This document shows positions 1-12,600 of a stretch of DNA of 64,000 bases, one piece after another (positions within the stretch are counted from its first letter, which is position 1; every line of letters begins with the position of its first letter). The notes beneath the pieces are model-generated. The model saw nothing but the letters and a program-made list of their open reading frames with translations. It searched no databases and was not told the DNA's origin. The stretch is from Antedon mediterranea (lineage: Eukaryota; Animalia; Echinodermata), in NCBI RefSeq assembly GCF_964355755.1, contig NC_092675.1, forward strand, positions 30,414,912 to 30,478,911. The letters run 5' to 3'. A program made the translations under genes and the position numbers.

Positions 1-935
1 TAAATCAGTTTTATTTTATTTTATTTTATTTTATTAATTAGTTAAGTATTACTCTGGACGCACCTTCACTCAAAAAGTGTGCCACTGTTTCAAAAGTGTG
101 CCACTGTTTCAAAAGTGTAGCTTCCAAATCAATTTTTATTAGTTTATATAGATAACTATATAAGCACCAATACACGGTATCAACAGAGTATTTTAATTAT
201 TTGCAGCGGTTCTCATTAAACAGTGGTAGCATTAGCATTTGTACAATAACATTAATTCAACCACTTTGAAATTTTAACCTGACTGTAGGAAACATTGCTA
301 GAGGATAAAAAGTCTAACGAATAACTCCCAATGTTGACGCATAGGGCCTAGTTGTTGTCACATAGTCGAATTGCTTACAATCCAATTATAAATAATCTAA
401 ACGCATTTATAGGCCTATCCATATTTTAGACAGACACGGATGTCATCTTTCTCATTTGCGCCTAGTCTGCATTATGTGCACATAAAAAAAAGTAATTTCC
501 TGCTACGGGTCTTTGGAGTCAAGTTGTTTATTCAAGTGTCTATATAAGTGTAAAATAACATGGTAACTGTCATCCGATAACCAGGAAATAATAAACCAAT
601 TTTAGATTTACTGAACTAATAACAAATATATAAAAAACGACATGTTAATGTTGTGTAAGATTATGTAAAAGTATATTCCATTTTTTAAAAACTGTCATAT
701 GAGGTTTCAAAAGTGTAATTGCGTTAATTATGAACAGTAATATTACCAGTACTGTCAGTACAAACAATAGGGAGCTAAAATGCATTACAACCCCAAACAT
801 GATTGTGCCATCGTTTCCCGCATCGTTCCTATCATTGCAACATGGAAACATTCTACCGATAATTTGAATGATCTAATTCGAACATGTTTGTTTATTTTAA
901 CTAGTTTTTTTAGAATTATTGCGATAATTACTTAC

Positions 936-1002
936 CTGATCGTACTGTACAAAGCAAGACAAGGATTAAAAGGTTCACATGAATAACTTCTAAAGTTGAC
1001 AT
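936..1002 (-). CDS. First (signal peptide) exon of a fourth RPTP paralog, gene D; remainder lies left of the window
   Basis: Reads MSTLEVIHVNLLILVLLCTVRS + G, then a GTAAG donor. It is 67 nt and phase 1, and aligns codon for codon with gene A exon 1 (15240-15306, MLTLDVIRVNMFILVLFCKVQS). The upstream sequence is also homologous. Confidence 0.8.
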
Positions 1003-1124
1003 GTTTGTCGATTGCTTACACTTTGATTTTGAATTTCTTGGTTTGCAGTATATTGTAGGCTATTTTTGCATCTTTAAATGTTTGACATGGTTACAGTAGA
1101 GCTAAGTACCGAACTTATACGTAT

Positions 1125-1145
1125 GAAATGAAACACGGAAATGAT
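1125..1145. promoter_or_regulatory. Conserved proximal promoter motif GAAATGAAACACGGAAATGAT (IRF/ETS composite-like), gene D
   Basis: Identical 21-mer occurs at 15397-15417 upstream of gene A. Contains GAAA-NNN-GGAA and AAATGAAAC. Confidence 0.5.
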
Positions 1146-1334
1146 GAATGATCTTAAGTTTCAGACTTTTGAACCAAGTGATTGGCACAGACAATTTAAG
1201 GATGCGATAATACCATCAATTATGATGTGACATGATAGGGGAATAATGAACAATGGAAGAGTGAAAGTAATTTAACTCTTCCTGAATAGACCATAGACAC
1301 CAGAAAGCATTTTGGTTTTATTTTAGGCGGAAAT

Positions 1335-1605
1335 CAGAGAGCAACGGCATTTCGGCTACACTGGTGGTAGTCAATTGTGGGCTACACCGTGAAATAACAT
1401 TTTATTTGGTTCACCACGGTTCGAATCCCATCGTTTTTCTAACTGCTGGTGGATTGGAATACGTGTTCTTACGTTAAGCCGTTGGTCCCGTGTGGGATTG
1501 TCTCCCGGTGTACTGCCAAATTCACCATCAGGAGGACACCACTGGAAACAAGTCTAAGGACTAAATAGAGGGTCACATGTACAACACCAAATCATTCATT
1601 CATTT
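1335..1605 (+). mobile_element. Degenerate tRNA-derived SINE upstream of gene D
   Basis: B-box-like GGTTCGAATCCC near 1418, (CATT)n tail near 1593, homologous to 15505-15705 plus 16080-16220. Confidence 0.55.
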
Positions 1606-2170
1606 TATTTGGTCAAAATCATTGTCAACATATATATAGGCAACAAAAAATATACATAAAATTGAGTTAAAATGGTATAAAACTGCAACAAAACAATAAA
1701 AAGCAGAAAGCATGAGTTAAAATATTAAAAAGATTATAGAAAGATATGTTTAAAAAGGTATGAAAGTACATTAAAAATTGAATGTTTACAATATTATAGT
1801 AAAAATACGTTTAAAAGATATCAAATTACATTACAGATTGAATGTATAAAATACACTAAAATAATAAAAGTGGTTTGAAAATTGATTTGGTAAATATAAG
1901 ATTTTGACCAGGATAGTCAAAATATCTCTCCATAGATAGATAAAAAAAAACATATTACTCGGGTTTATTTCCGTTGGGGTCCTGAAAATAAACAGTAATA
2001 CAAATTATAATAATAACTTGAGTTAGTGTTTACCGACCGACCGACCGACCGACATAGTGAGCTGTAGAGTCGCGTTTGCACGTGACTAAAACATCGTTAA
2101 CTTTCCTTAATGTTTCGTTGTGTCGCTAAAATGCTGTTTAAAATTACCCAAATGTTTTATTACTCTATAG

Positions 2171-2884
2171 GGCCTGTTCGTAGGGGTTGAAAATACCAGC
2201 TTATTCCCGATTTCCGTTCGCGTGATCCAATTAACTTTTGCCTCAGGCTACAAAAAATTCGAGGTAAATTGTTCACCAAATTTGCAGGTTTTTTCAGCGA
2301 TAATCCAATTATACTCGGCCTTCGAGGATAATAAATCTCCGATAGAGGCAATGTGTCAAATTTTGACAAACGTTCGCTGCCTAGGCCCGTCATTTCTCCT
2401 ACGAAGCTCTTCCATACACGCTTCGAGAGCGATCGTCAGCTGGTGCTGTCCTTGTTGGTGTAGACCGCTTAGTAGGCCTAGCTGGTCGGGGAGCCGCTGG
2501 TCGGTGGTGTTTCCGTCGTGTAACATTGGGCTCAAATTCTTCGTCAATGAGTAAAATAATGGTCGTCAGGAGAAGGCATATTTCGGCAGGATTATCGGCG
2601 TTAAGAGGCATAAGGTTTGTCGCAAGGATAAGCAGTGTAAAAGGTAGCAAGTAATTGTTATTGTAAAGAAAGATCGCGAGTAAAAAATATACAACACGAA
2701 ACTAGCGTGCGAAAATGGGGTCGTAGGTTGTAAAGACAACTGACCTTAAAACGTAATTTCCGGTTTGTGATTCGTCGATTAAGCATTTAAGCGGTTAAAT
2801 ATTTCAAGTACGAACAACGCTCAATTTATAACCCGAGGCATGGGTGAAATTAAGCGCTTATTTTAACCACCGTACGAACACGAC
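2171..2884. mobile_element. Non-autonomous DNA transposon (PIF/Harbinger-like), GC-richer interior
   Basis: Imperfect terminal inverted repeats GGCCTGTTCGTAGGGGTTGAAAATA and TATTTTAACCACCGTACGAACACGAC, flanked by TAG on both sides. Internal ORFs show no recognisable domain. Confidence 0.45.
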
Positions 2885-3223
2885 TAGGTTCTTAAGTGTA
2901 ATTTCTTTCTGTCGAGTTTTTAAATTTTGCCAAGTTTTTTTATTGTATATATACAAATAATTTTGTAACTCTAAATATTGTCTGAACTCCTTTACTTGTT
3001 TCAACATTGTTGTTAAATTGCAGAATACCATGAACATGCGTAATCAAAATGATGTTAAATAAAAGCAAAACATCATCAGTTTTCTAGCGTATTTCATTAA
3101 ATGATGCTTGTCTGATACAATAAATGTTGTCCTACACACATTTTTTAAACAATTGTACTAAAAACATTTTCACTATTTAACGACTGATCACGGGATAAAC
3201 CTATGTAATTTATACAGGTGTTA

Positions 3224-3420
3224 CAACCGCTAATGTAGAAAACCCCAGCTAATATCTAAACAACCGCTAATGTAGAACAATCCACCGCTAATGCAGTAAA
3301 ACCTCCAGCTAATGTAGAAATACCAACAGCTTATGTAGTAAATACAAAATCAACACCAGCTAATGTAGAACGGTCAACAGCTAATGTAGAACCAAAAGTT
3401 GCCTCCCACAGCTAATGCAG
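3224..3420. repeat. Degenerate array of about 9 (A/C)GCTAATGTAG(A/T)A cores
   Basis: Core motif recurs every ~18-30 bp with short variable spacers; resembles subterminal repeats of a DNA transposon remnant. Confidence 0.7.
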
Positions 3421-3674
3421 TTACTAAAATGGATTTATTCGCATATATTCCTAAAAATATATAGCTTGGTCTATGAGCAGCTGTTTGTAGACCGTTTGCC
3501 GCAAGCTGATTTAAATAGGATAATTATATTAAAACAAATATTATGACAAATTTGGACATGAACATTAGTGGTAATACGAAAGCGACAAAAACTCCTCTAA
3601 TAAACAATAATAATTATTTAGTTCAAGGCACATGGCCTACATTACACTCATTTAAATTTAAGTTTTGTTCAAGT

Positions 3675-6600
3675 TTACTGAACACTTTCATAAATGTCGC
3701 ATGATCCAGCAGCGCAGACGTTTGCCATTTCATAACACAACTCGTAATGCTTCTGTGGGAAAAAAACAACATTAGTTAACTAACAGATATCGAAATCTGC
3801 TTTTAAGGCCTTGTCAATCAATCAAAATTAGATAAATATTACGAAATGGAAAAAAGTTTAATATATAGTAACACTTTTTAGTAGTAAGTTTTAAATTCAA
3901 TGGTCTGGTTTCATATTTGTTTCCACCTCATAAGACCATACGCAAGCACGAAGACAATATTGGGGTTTTTTTTTTGGAATACACGCGATTTGATATTTTG
4001 AATGTTATCTCATTTTATATTTATATATTATATAAACCCCAATATTGTCTCCGTGCTTGCGTATGATCTTTTGAGATGGAATTACGTGGTATTATAAATG
4101 CTAAGGTTGCTTAATTATGAATAAAGTATAACGTAACTTGTGTGTATACATAACCTAGTTTATCAATACCGTGACAATCTACAATAAAACGTTACCTTTG
4201 TATCAAATAACGATGGAGAAACGCGTTTGATACGTTTCACTGTGTGGTAGACATCAACCAACGCGTCTTCATTCATCTTACGAACGATTATGTCCACTGC
4301 ACAGAAAAATCCACTTCGACTCTCGTCCCTTGAGTTACAATAAAAACAAAATATAACAGAATTACCCATTAAGATTGTTTTACTTAGGAAGAATCGTTGA
4401 CAAACAGAGAATGTGGATAATATTCATATATGAAGTATCGTGAATTTAGTTGTTCAGTTAACAACTTCTTCTTATACCTGTGTTGGATTAGTAATATCCA
4501 CTTGTATGCATTGTTGTTATGATTGAATTGTGCAATTGCAATTTACAGACAATTTTAAATAAAAAAGAAATCATCAAATGAAATTATTATAGCCTAGTCA
4601 TGTGTTATGTTGTAATCTGGATTATTGACGATATGTGAGTTTATGTGGTATAGTCTATTATTATGTTTTCGACATAAAAGTTTAATCAGTTTAAGTTTGT
4701 TAACTAGATTAGTCAAAACTAAGAAATTCATGCTTATCAAAATTAGAGTGGATTTCAACGATCATGTGACCGAATTACAAGCAGAATAGTTACTTACAAA
4801 CTAAAAACTGTAACATAGTCATCTCGATTATTAGTTCGTTGAACTTCTCTGACATCGTCACAGAATTGTTTAAAGTATCCAAGAGATGAAGGTTTCTGTG
4901 ATTCTTTAGGCCAGTCCAGAAATGTCAGGTGACATATCTCACGTGGTTTTGCATGATTCTGATTATTAAGTAATGTACAATAAAGTAGTGTTTTATCATA
5001 GGAAAATCTATTACTATAATATTATTAATAATTCTTTTTTTGCATTAAAAATAGACAGGATTGTATGCATTTTTCATATAAACTGGCCAATGCGAGAATT
5101 ACCTCATACTAATATATTATTTATTTCACTATGATGCAATCTTTTACAGCTTGACCAGTATTTTACATAGGTTTGAATAGTGTTATGATATTCTTCTTTT
5201 ACCTACTTACTTTAGTCAATTTTAGTGTTCGTTTTAAAACATAATCGTGCTTCTCAGAAGATAGAACTTCAACTGCAAATTGACCTTGTGTCATCTTACG
5301 TTCAGGAACAAGTGTAGCAATTCTCTAAATTGGAAATATCATAACTTGTATTTATTATGAAAAACCCTATTATAGATTAATAATGTTTAACAGTCAGTCA
5401 AGGAAAAGAAAAAATCCATCCATGAAGATTTAACAATTTAATCTGTATTTTAAATTTTATAAAAATCTAAATTAAATAATCACACTAATCTTATCATACA
5501 ATTTACTTTACCTTATAAACCTGCTCTTCGTCATCTAACATCACCACTGTATATGACTTGTAGTCATAAATCATCTCCCAGAAATTGGAAAATTCACTTA
5601 GCATTGATTCTCTTGGCACAAGATATTCATGCTGTGACTAACACAAAGAACATTACATTACTTATAAAATGCCCAACATGGAGTTAATAAATATATAATA
5701 GTAATCCTAACGACAATTTGAATTTAAGTTAGGCCTATGTATTATATTAAATTTCACCTTACCTTGGTACTCTTCGTATTGGAATATACAACATCTTCTG
5801 ACTCAACACCAATCAATAGAGGTTCTGCAACATTCACTATCAAATACAAAATCAACTTGAAAGAACATATATAAAACTATCTTAAACGGTTAATATCAAT
5901 TATAGAGTTAGTTTACTTATATAGTGACCATTTACCACTTACATTGCAGTGTTTTATCACTTTGTGTTTGCTTTGGAAGAAGAGCTTCAATGTTCTGTAA
6001 AAGACATAATAAATAAATAATGAAATTGTAGTAATCACTCTTAGCATGTTATATATATCATTGTAGTTTCATTTAACATGTACACATTAAAAATACTTTT
6101 TCTCAAGTAATGTCCAACCCCTAAAAAGTTTGTGTGATAAATCATGGTTTTAGTACAATCAATTAGATTCCTCTATGTATGCATGTAATCTTTCAAATGT
6201 AAAGTTTAATAGAATAAGCATAAGTTATGTCACCATACATTTATCTGTTCTTGAATAACTGGTCTTCCAAGTAAACTGTTTGTGTTTTTTATTTCTTTGT
6301 ATCGTTCAGAAATATCTGTTGATGGTATGCATGTTGCTTCACAAAATAAACACTCCAAAATCATCTCGTAGATAAACACATACTGGTTCTGAAAAAACAA
6401 AAACCATTGGCATGCAATTTACCCAAATAAAACTGTGAAAATGGAACATACTGGTTCTAAAAATTTAATACGACAATTAACGTCTTCATAACTTTTTTTA
6501 ACTGTTTAAAATGATAACAAGCTACATACCTCTTTCAAACGAATATGAGGGCAGCTACTAAGTGTATCTTTTACAAAGTTGAAAACATCAATCTCACTGC

Positions 6601-9600
6601 TTTCTTTAGCCAAATCTAGCATTGCGTTTACGGCGATGACAGTTCCAATTTTGTGGCAATCGGTACTTTGTAAGAGATAATAAATAGTTGATATTTATGT
6701 CGACCATATTATTACAAACTAAAATCGACTCATTAGATTTCCTTTTATGACATGACAACATACAGAGAAATAATGCAAAGTAAATGAACTTTTAATACCT
6801 ATAGACAAGTATTGGTCCAACTCCAAAGTCTTTCTTAGCTTTCCTTAAACTGTGTGTAAACTCAATAAGATGTGCAGACGTGTCCATAACATCTCCAGGC
6901 CATGCAGTGCAGTTATATTGATGGACAACACGAGGCGGCGATTCACGATTTTCCTGCGTAAAGAAGGTTAGTTATTGGCACTTTTTTTTTTCATAAATCA
7001 CGTTTGAATAATCATTTCTGATATATGTATATATCTATTAATTATAATAATAAATAAATAAATATTTCTTAACATTACCGTCAGAATTTCGAACTTGCTG
7101 GTTGTAAAACCATTGTCTTTTAATTGATCTTCAAGTTTTCTAACAGACACCTTTCCATATTTGGTGTTCATGTATCCAGTTCCTTTTTGCCAAAATGAAT
7201 TAACTTTGGTCTTTAAGGAGGAAATAGAACAAATGCTGGTCAGTGGATCCAATAAGAGAATTATAACAGAAGGCACTACTGTAACAATTACTCTGGAAAG
7301 AACTAATACTAACCAGTCTCCGTAGGAGTGGAGTGGAGCTGTGGCTTGGTGGTTATGATGCTTGGCTACCAATCTAAGGGTCCTGGGTTCAAGTCCTGTC
7401 ATATGTCAGGGTTTTTTTTCTCATGACAATTTACAACTCCACTCCACTCCCAAAGACTTAATAATAAGTCTTTGTTTATGTAGAGCATCTTGTGTATATG
7501 TTTGTCTTGTGAAATTTTAAATAGTTTATCCTGTAATTGGCGTGTTACTCGCTGTTGGATGAGTATGATATAAAAAAAAAAAAAAAAAAAAAAAATAGCG
7601 AGTGAGTGGCTAAGCGGTTAAGACAGTGGAACCGTAATACCAATAGCCATAACATCGGCAAGGTTACGAACCTCACTCGCTCCATGATACCGGTGGTAGA
7701 ACGTGTCTTAGATACGACTATAAACCGTAGTTCCAGATCTGTACACATCTAGCTCATGTGTACTTCACCTTGTACATCTTTCTAGACGAGTAGGGGGTTA
7801 CCCCGGTGTACTAGTATACACTCAGACACTGTCACACACATCCATTCATTGCCATTGTCATTGTCAACTCTTATTATATGTGTAGTTACTGTTTATTCCC
7901 AACTATATATCTATATTATTTGGAAAGCTTTTGACTACACACATACCTTGTCACCATCAAATGTACTATTAATTATTATATCGATGTTTTCTTTAATAAT
8001 AATTTCTAATAACTGTTTTCCTTGTCCATTACCTGTTAAGAAATTGAGTGCATGGTGTGCATATTTAATATATTCAATGAATAATAATTGACATACAGAA
8101 ATGAATTATCGCAGATTTAGATAAATATCGTTAAATATTTCATAATTATTTTATTCTAGTAATAATTATTTGTTGTAAAACATTATAATTTTAGCTAGAA
8201 TACAGTATAATAATGTTCTCACCATGAAAAGCAATATATGCATTCGATTTGTTCTAAGCATAAAAAGATAATTATCAATTATAATCGATTTAAATTGAAA
8301 ATGAATAAAAAAATATTTCAAATAATATATACATTTTGTGAAATTTAGATACAGAGGTGGTTTTACACATACACTGTTGATAATAATGTTATAACCTACA
8401 TTAATGTAGCAGGCGTTTGAACTGTGAGATTCACCATCTAGACGGAGACGAGCATACTCACTCTGGAGTTCCTATTTCAAATAAAAGTAAACGTTTTCTT
8501 TATGTTCTTCAGTTTATGTTACTTCTTAAGTTAGTTATATCTATGTTGTATTTGTTAACGCACTGTAATACAATTTCTGAATATCAGTTTTTTAAAATAA
8601 AAAACAAATGTTTTTATTTACTTTTCTAGATTTTAATGTGTTTCTTTTCTTGATTTACCTCAAACTCTGACCTAAACGTAAAGCTTGTTCCTTGTTTTCT
8701 GTTTCTGATGTACATGTGTAAATCCTTTATCTTGACAGGTCGATTGTAATCAATAAATTCCATAGCAACAGGATTCAATTGGTTTGCAATCACATAACCG
8801 TCTTGCATTTCTAATAGAAATAAATCACTTGACATTTATCAGTAATGACGAATTTATGTTAGTGAATTGTTGAGACATCGTGATATTTTTAGAAACATCA
8901 ATTCGCTAAATAAGCATTTCTTGTCTTCATCAAAAAATGTATTTATTTGTAAGTATAAAGATACCGTCATTAGTAACCAAGTAATCACATATATAGCTAA
9001 ATAATACTATATATTTGCATATATATACTGTATTAGTGCCAAATAGGGCCTATTGAAATTGAATAACTCAAATCAGAATCTAGGCCAAAAAACTTTTAGA
9101 GAAATGCAAGTGGTCATTAAGAAATACTTAAATTACTAGAATGAAATATATATATGTGTACACACCTATGTTATTGTCTATTTCATCTGTAATCTTCTTT
9201 GATCTTAATGTACTATAGTATTGAGAGAATGCTAAATTATTATATTAAAGAGATAACGTATTATAATGCCATATTCGTTAACAATGTATATAACTCAATC
9301 AATTAACCATAAATAACTTATCAACATTTTATTTGTTTGACATACACAGCTGATTGGTCGTATATACGTCGTATGTTTTTAAAGTTAATCAAAGGTGTGC
9401 TAGCTTACAACATTACTTACCTTTTTCTTTTGTAGTGCAACTTTTGTAAAACGACTACAATAATTAGGATGACGACACACGAGGTTAAAAGGCCAACTAT
9501 GCACCAAACGAAAACTTCTAAAGTCGTTTAAAATACAAAAATAGCTCCATAATTTTGTTAATAATAATATCCTGGATTTATATAGCGCTTAATGTTGTGA

Positions 9601-12600
9601 AACCTCTAAGCGCTCAACATTATTACCGGCCCCAGTCATTTTTTTTGGGATCAAACACGTAGGCCTATATATGGAGACATACTCCCATAATGCAGCTAGT
9701 AATCAGCGCAAAGTTGTGTCTTGATCAAACCGGGGTTCCCTGGGTGAAGAGAGGCAAACGTAAGTAAAGTATCTTCGCTAAGGATACAAGCAATGCGGTC
9801 AGAGTTGGATTCGAACCTCAAACGATCAGTAGTCGAACGTCCAACACACTGTGCCACACGCCCTTACGGCAGTCATTGTGGAGTTGAAAGTATGGTGTAA
9901 TTTCAAAAATACAAATACATTTAAAATAGAAATGGTTAAAACATGATAGTAATCACCTACTTGTATGTTTGAATGTAATCACAGTAAAGTCCTTTTTAGG
10001 ACCGATTCCTTTTGAAGTTCTTGCTTCAATCTCAAATGTATACATCTTAGTTGTGTCAATTCCATCTATGGTAGTTTGTGTTTCTGTATATCCCGTATTA
10101 TTCTCTTTAAGTTCCAATCCATCAAGAAACAGTTTATAATCGTAGGTTATTAAACCTTTTCTGTTGCCACATTTTGGAGGTTTCCATGATAAACTAATCG
10201 AGTTAATTGTTACAGACACAACTTGAAGTGATGTTGGAGATCCAGTTGGAACTAAATAAATAAAATAAATTTTCACAATAATTATTACCGCTATTACTCT
10301 AAATCTAAGTATTATTATGTTTTATCAAATACACTTTCGTAGGCCTAAGCTTCTAATACCGTAGACTAGAAGAGCACTAATAATCAATAAACTGTTCAAA
10401 ATTGTATTATGCCTACTTTAATCTATTTAATTTATCTACAAATTGTTTTATTTCGTATGCCGTAAGGTTTAAAATACTTACCACCTTCTTCTGTTTGTAC
10501 TGTATGAATATCTGATGGTTGTTTAGCTGAGTTGGATACTGAGATTACATGGATTTCATATTTGGAATATGCACTCAGATTTGAAATGATATACGAAGAA
10601 ATGTCGAAAGGACCTTCTTCTACGGCGTTCACATGTACGTCCTCGCACATATCAGCTTGTATTAGTTGGTAAGTGACATTGTACATGACAGGACAGTCTC
10701 CATTTTCCACTTCATTCCAAGTCAGGGAAATATTATTTGTCCCAGTAGTAACATTTATTTCATCAATTTTGCTTGGAACTAATAATGCATATTTTAAAAA
10801 TCAATTATAAAAAGTAAAGTTTAATTTATTGAGTAGAGAGTAGGCCTAGTTACAAAATAATCAGTTTACAACATTCTTATATAGCTATTATTTTTAACAG
10901 TCTGAGAGTAATGTTGAAAAAAATGGAGGTGGGTGGGTGATGAGATCGATAGGTCCAATCTTACTGAATCTAAATGGTAATACGGGTACACAGAATGTTT
11001 AACTTCCAAAACAGCATACGATTGAAAATTACGGCTATTAGTTTAAAAGAGATTTGTTTGACGTGTGTGTAAAGCAGTAGAGGCTACTGTCGTCTGTTTC
11101 CCACTGTGAGGGATGAAAAAACTTTTAGTTTTGAGAATTCATAAACTAATTAATACTAGGTATAATGCTAGATATGAAGAATTTTCATAAAAATAATGTG
11201 AATAAAATAAAAAATTATTACGCTTAAAGTTCGATTAGCGACAAAATGAATTGGTTTACCATTCGCGTGAGTTTCAACTGTTTCAATATTACTCCATGGT
11301 CCTTTGAATCCACCGTTGTTCTCTATTCGTACTTTGCATGTATACAACGTGCACGTTGTTAATCCATCAATTGTAGTCGATGTAACATCACTAACAGTGA
11401 TAGTTCTAGATTCGGAATCTGACTCACAATATACATCGTAATGAAAAATGTTGCACTGTATTTTCTCTGGATCATTATCAATTTTCTGCGTAAAAAAAAA
11501 CACACACATAACATATTCAATATCAATTAATAAAAGGCTGTAATTTATGATAACATAAACATGTGTACATTTGGGGGACATCAATTTCAATGTAATATAT
11601 TGATAATGATAAAGTATTTAAAATAATTTCTAATATCATACATTTTAATACTAAACAAAATTACAGAATTATCAACTCACCTTCCATGTTATGATTAATG
11701 AAGAAGAACTATCTGCCGAAACTGTAATATGTGGAGATACCAATGGACCTATAAACAAAATGTACCAATGTTAACCACAATGTTCACATATTTCTATTTT
11801 AATACGTACTCTTTTCCTGTTTATATTATGAAGGTTATAATTGATTTTTCTCACTTGAACATATAGTTGTTTCTGTCACAACTTGACTGTCTGGTCCACA
11901 CACATCTTGTCCGCCGATGTTCTTACAGACATGAACTTTGACCTCAATTGTTCGATTTGGCGGTAACCCAGTGATTGTAAAGACGTCATCAGTTGTTGTG
12001 ATTGTTGTAAATGTTGATTCTTCTTCACTTTTATATAACACTTGATAAGATGAAGCTGGTCCAGTTCCATAATCCTCACCAAAAGTCCAATTATATGAGA
12101 TGATCATATTGGTGGCTGTGACGTCAATGAATTTAATTTGTTTGAACAAGTAGGGCAAAGCTATGGGAATGAACGTTCAGATTTTATTTACCGTCAGCAA
12201 ATACTGATAATATTAGAGTTAGCACACACAGATCAATTCAAGTACGGTTATTTATTCTTTTAACAGTAAACCGTACATGTGTTCTGTTTTCATGACACTC
12301 CTTATCATGTAAATTGCGCATGTTTATAGTACGACTTCTCTTTCTAGATTGAAACATGTGAGAAGGAATATTATTTACAGAATGTATACTGGTAGAATTT
12401 AGAATTAGATAAAATGTTGATAGGGCGCATTATACTTACCACACACTGTATTATCTTTATAGTATTATTTTGTTTCTTTTTCTTACTATTTAGTATTTGT
12501 AATCAATGTGTGTGGTAAACAAATAAAAAATATTGCACATATAAAAAGGTTATCACATAAAAAGAACATCTTATATTAAAATGGAATTGGATAAAGTACA

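Noticed and set aside
2160-2650. Overlapping GC-rich short ORFs as a host gene
   Set aside because: They fall inside a TIR-bounded element and show no recognisable domain in any frame.
3224-3420. Repeat-spacer-like array resembling CRISPR
   Set aside because: Cores are only ~13 bp and degenerate, spacers are short and irregular, no cas genes are present, and the context is a spliced animal genome.
7335-7405. Possible tRNA gene (also near 1350-1430, 7597-7685, 9800-9865, 15515-15600)
   Set aside because: A/B boxes are present but no complete cloverleaf forms, and each runs into a SINE body or tail.
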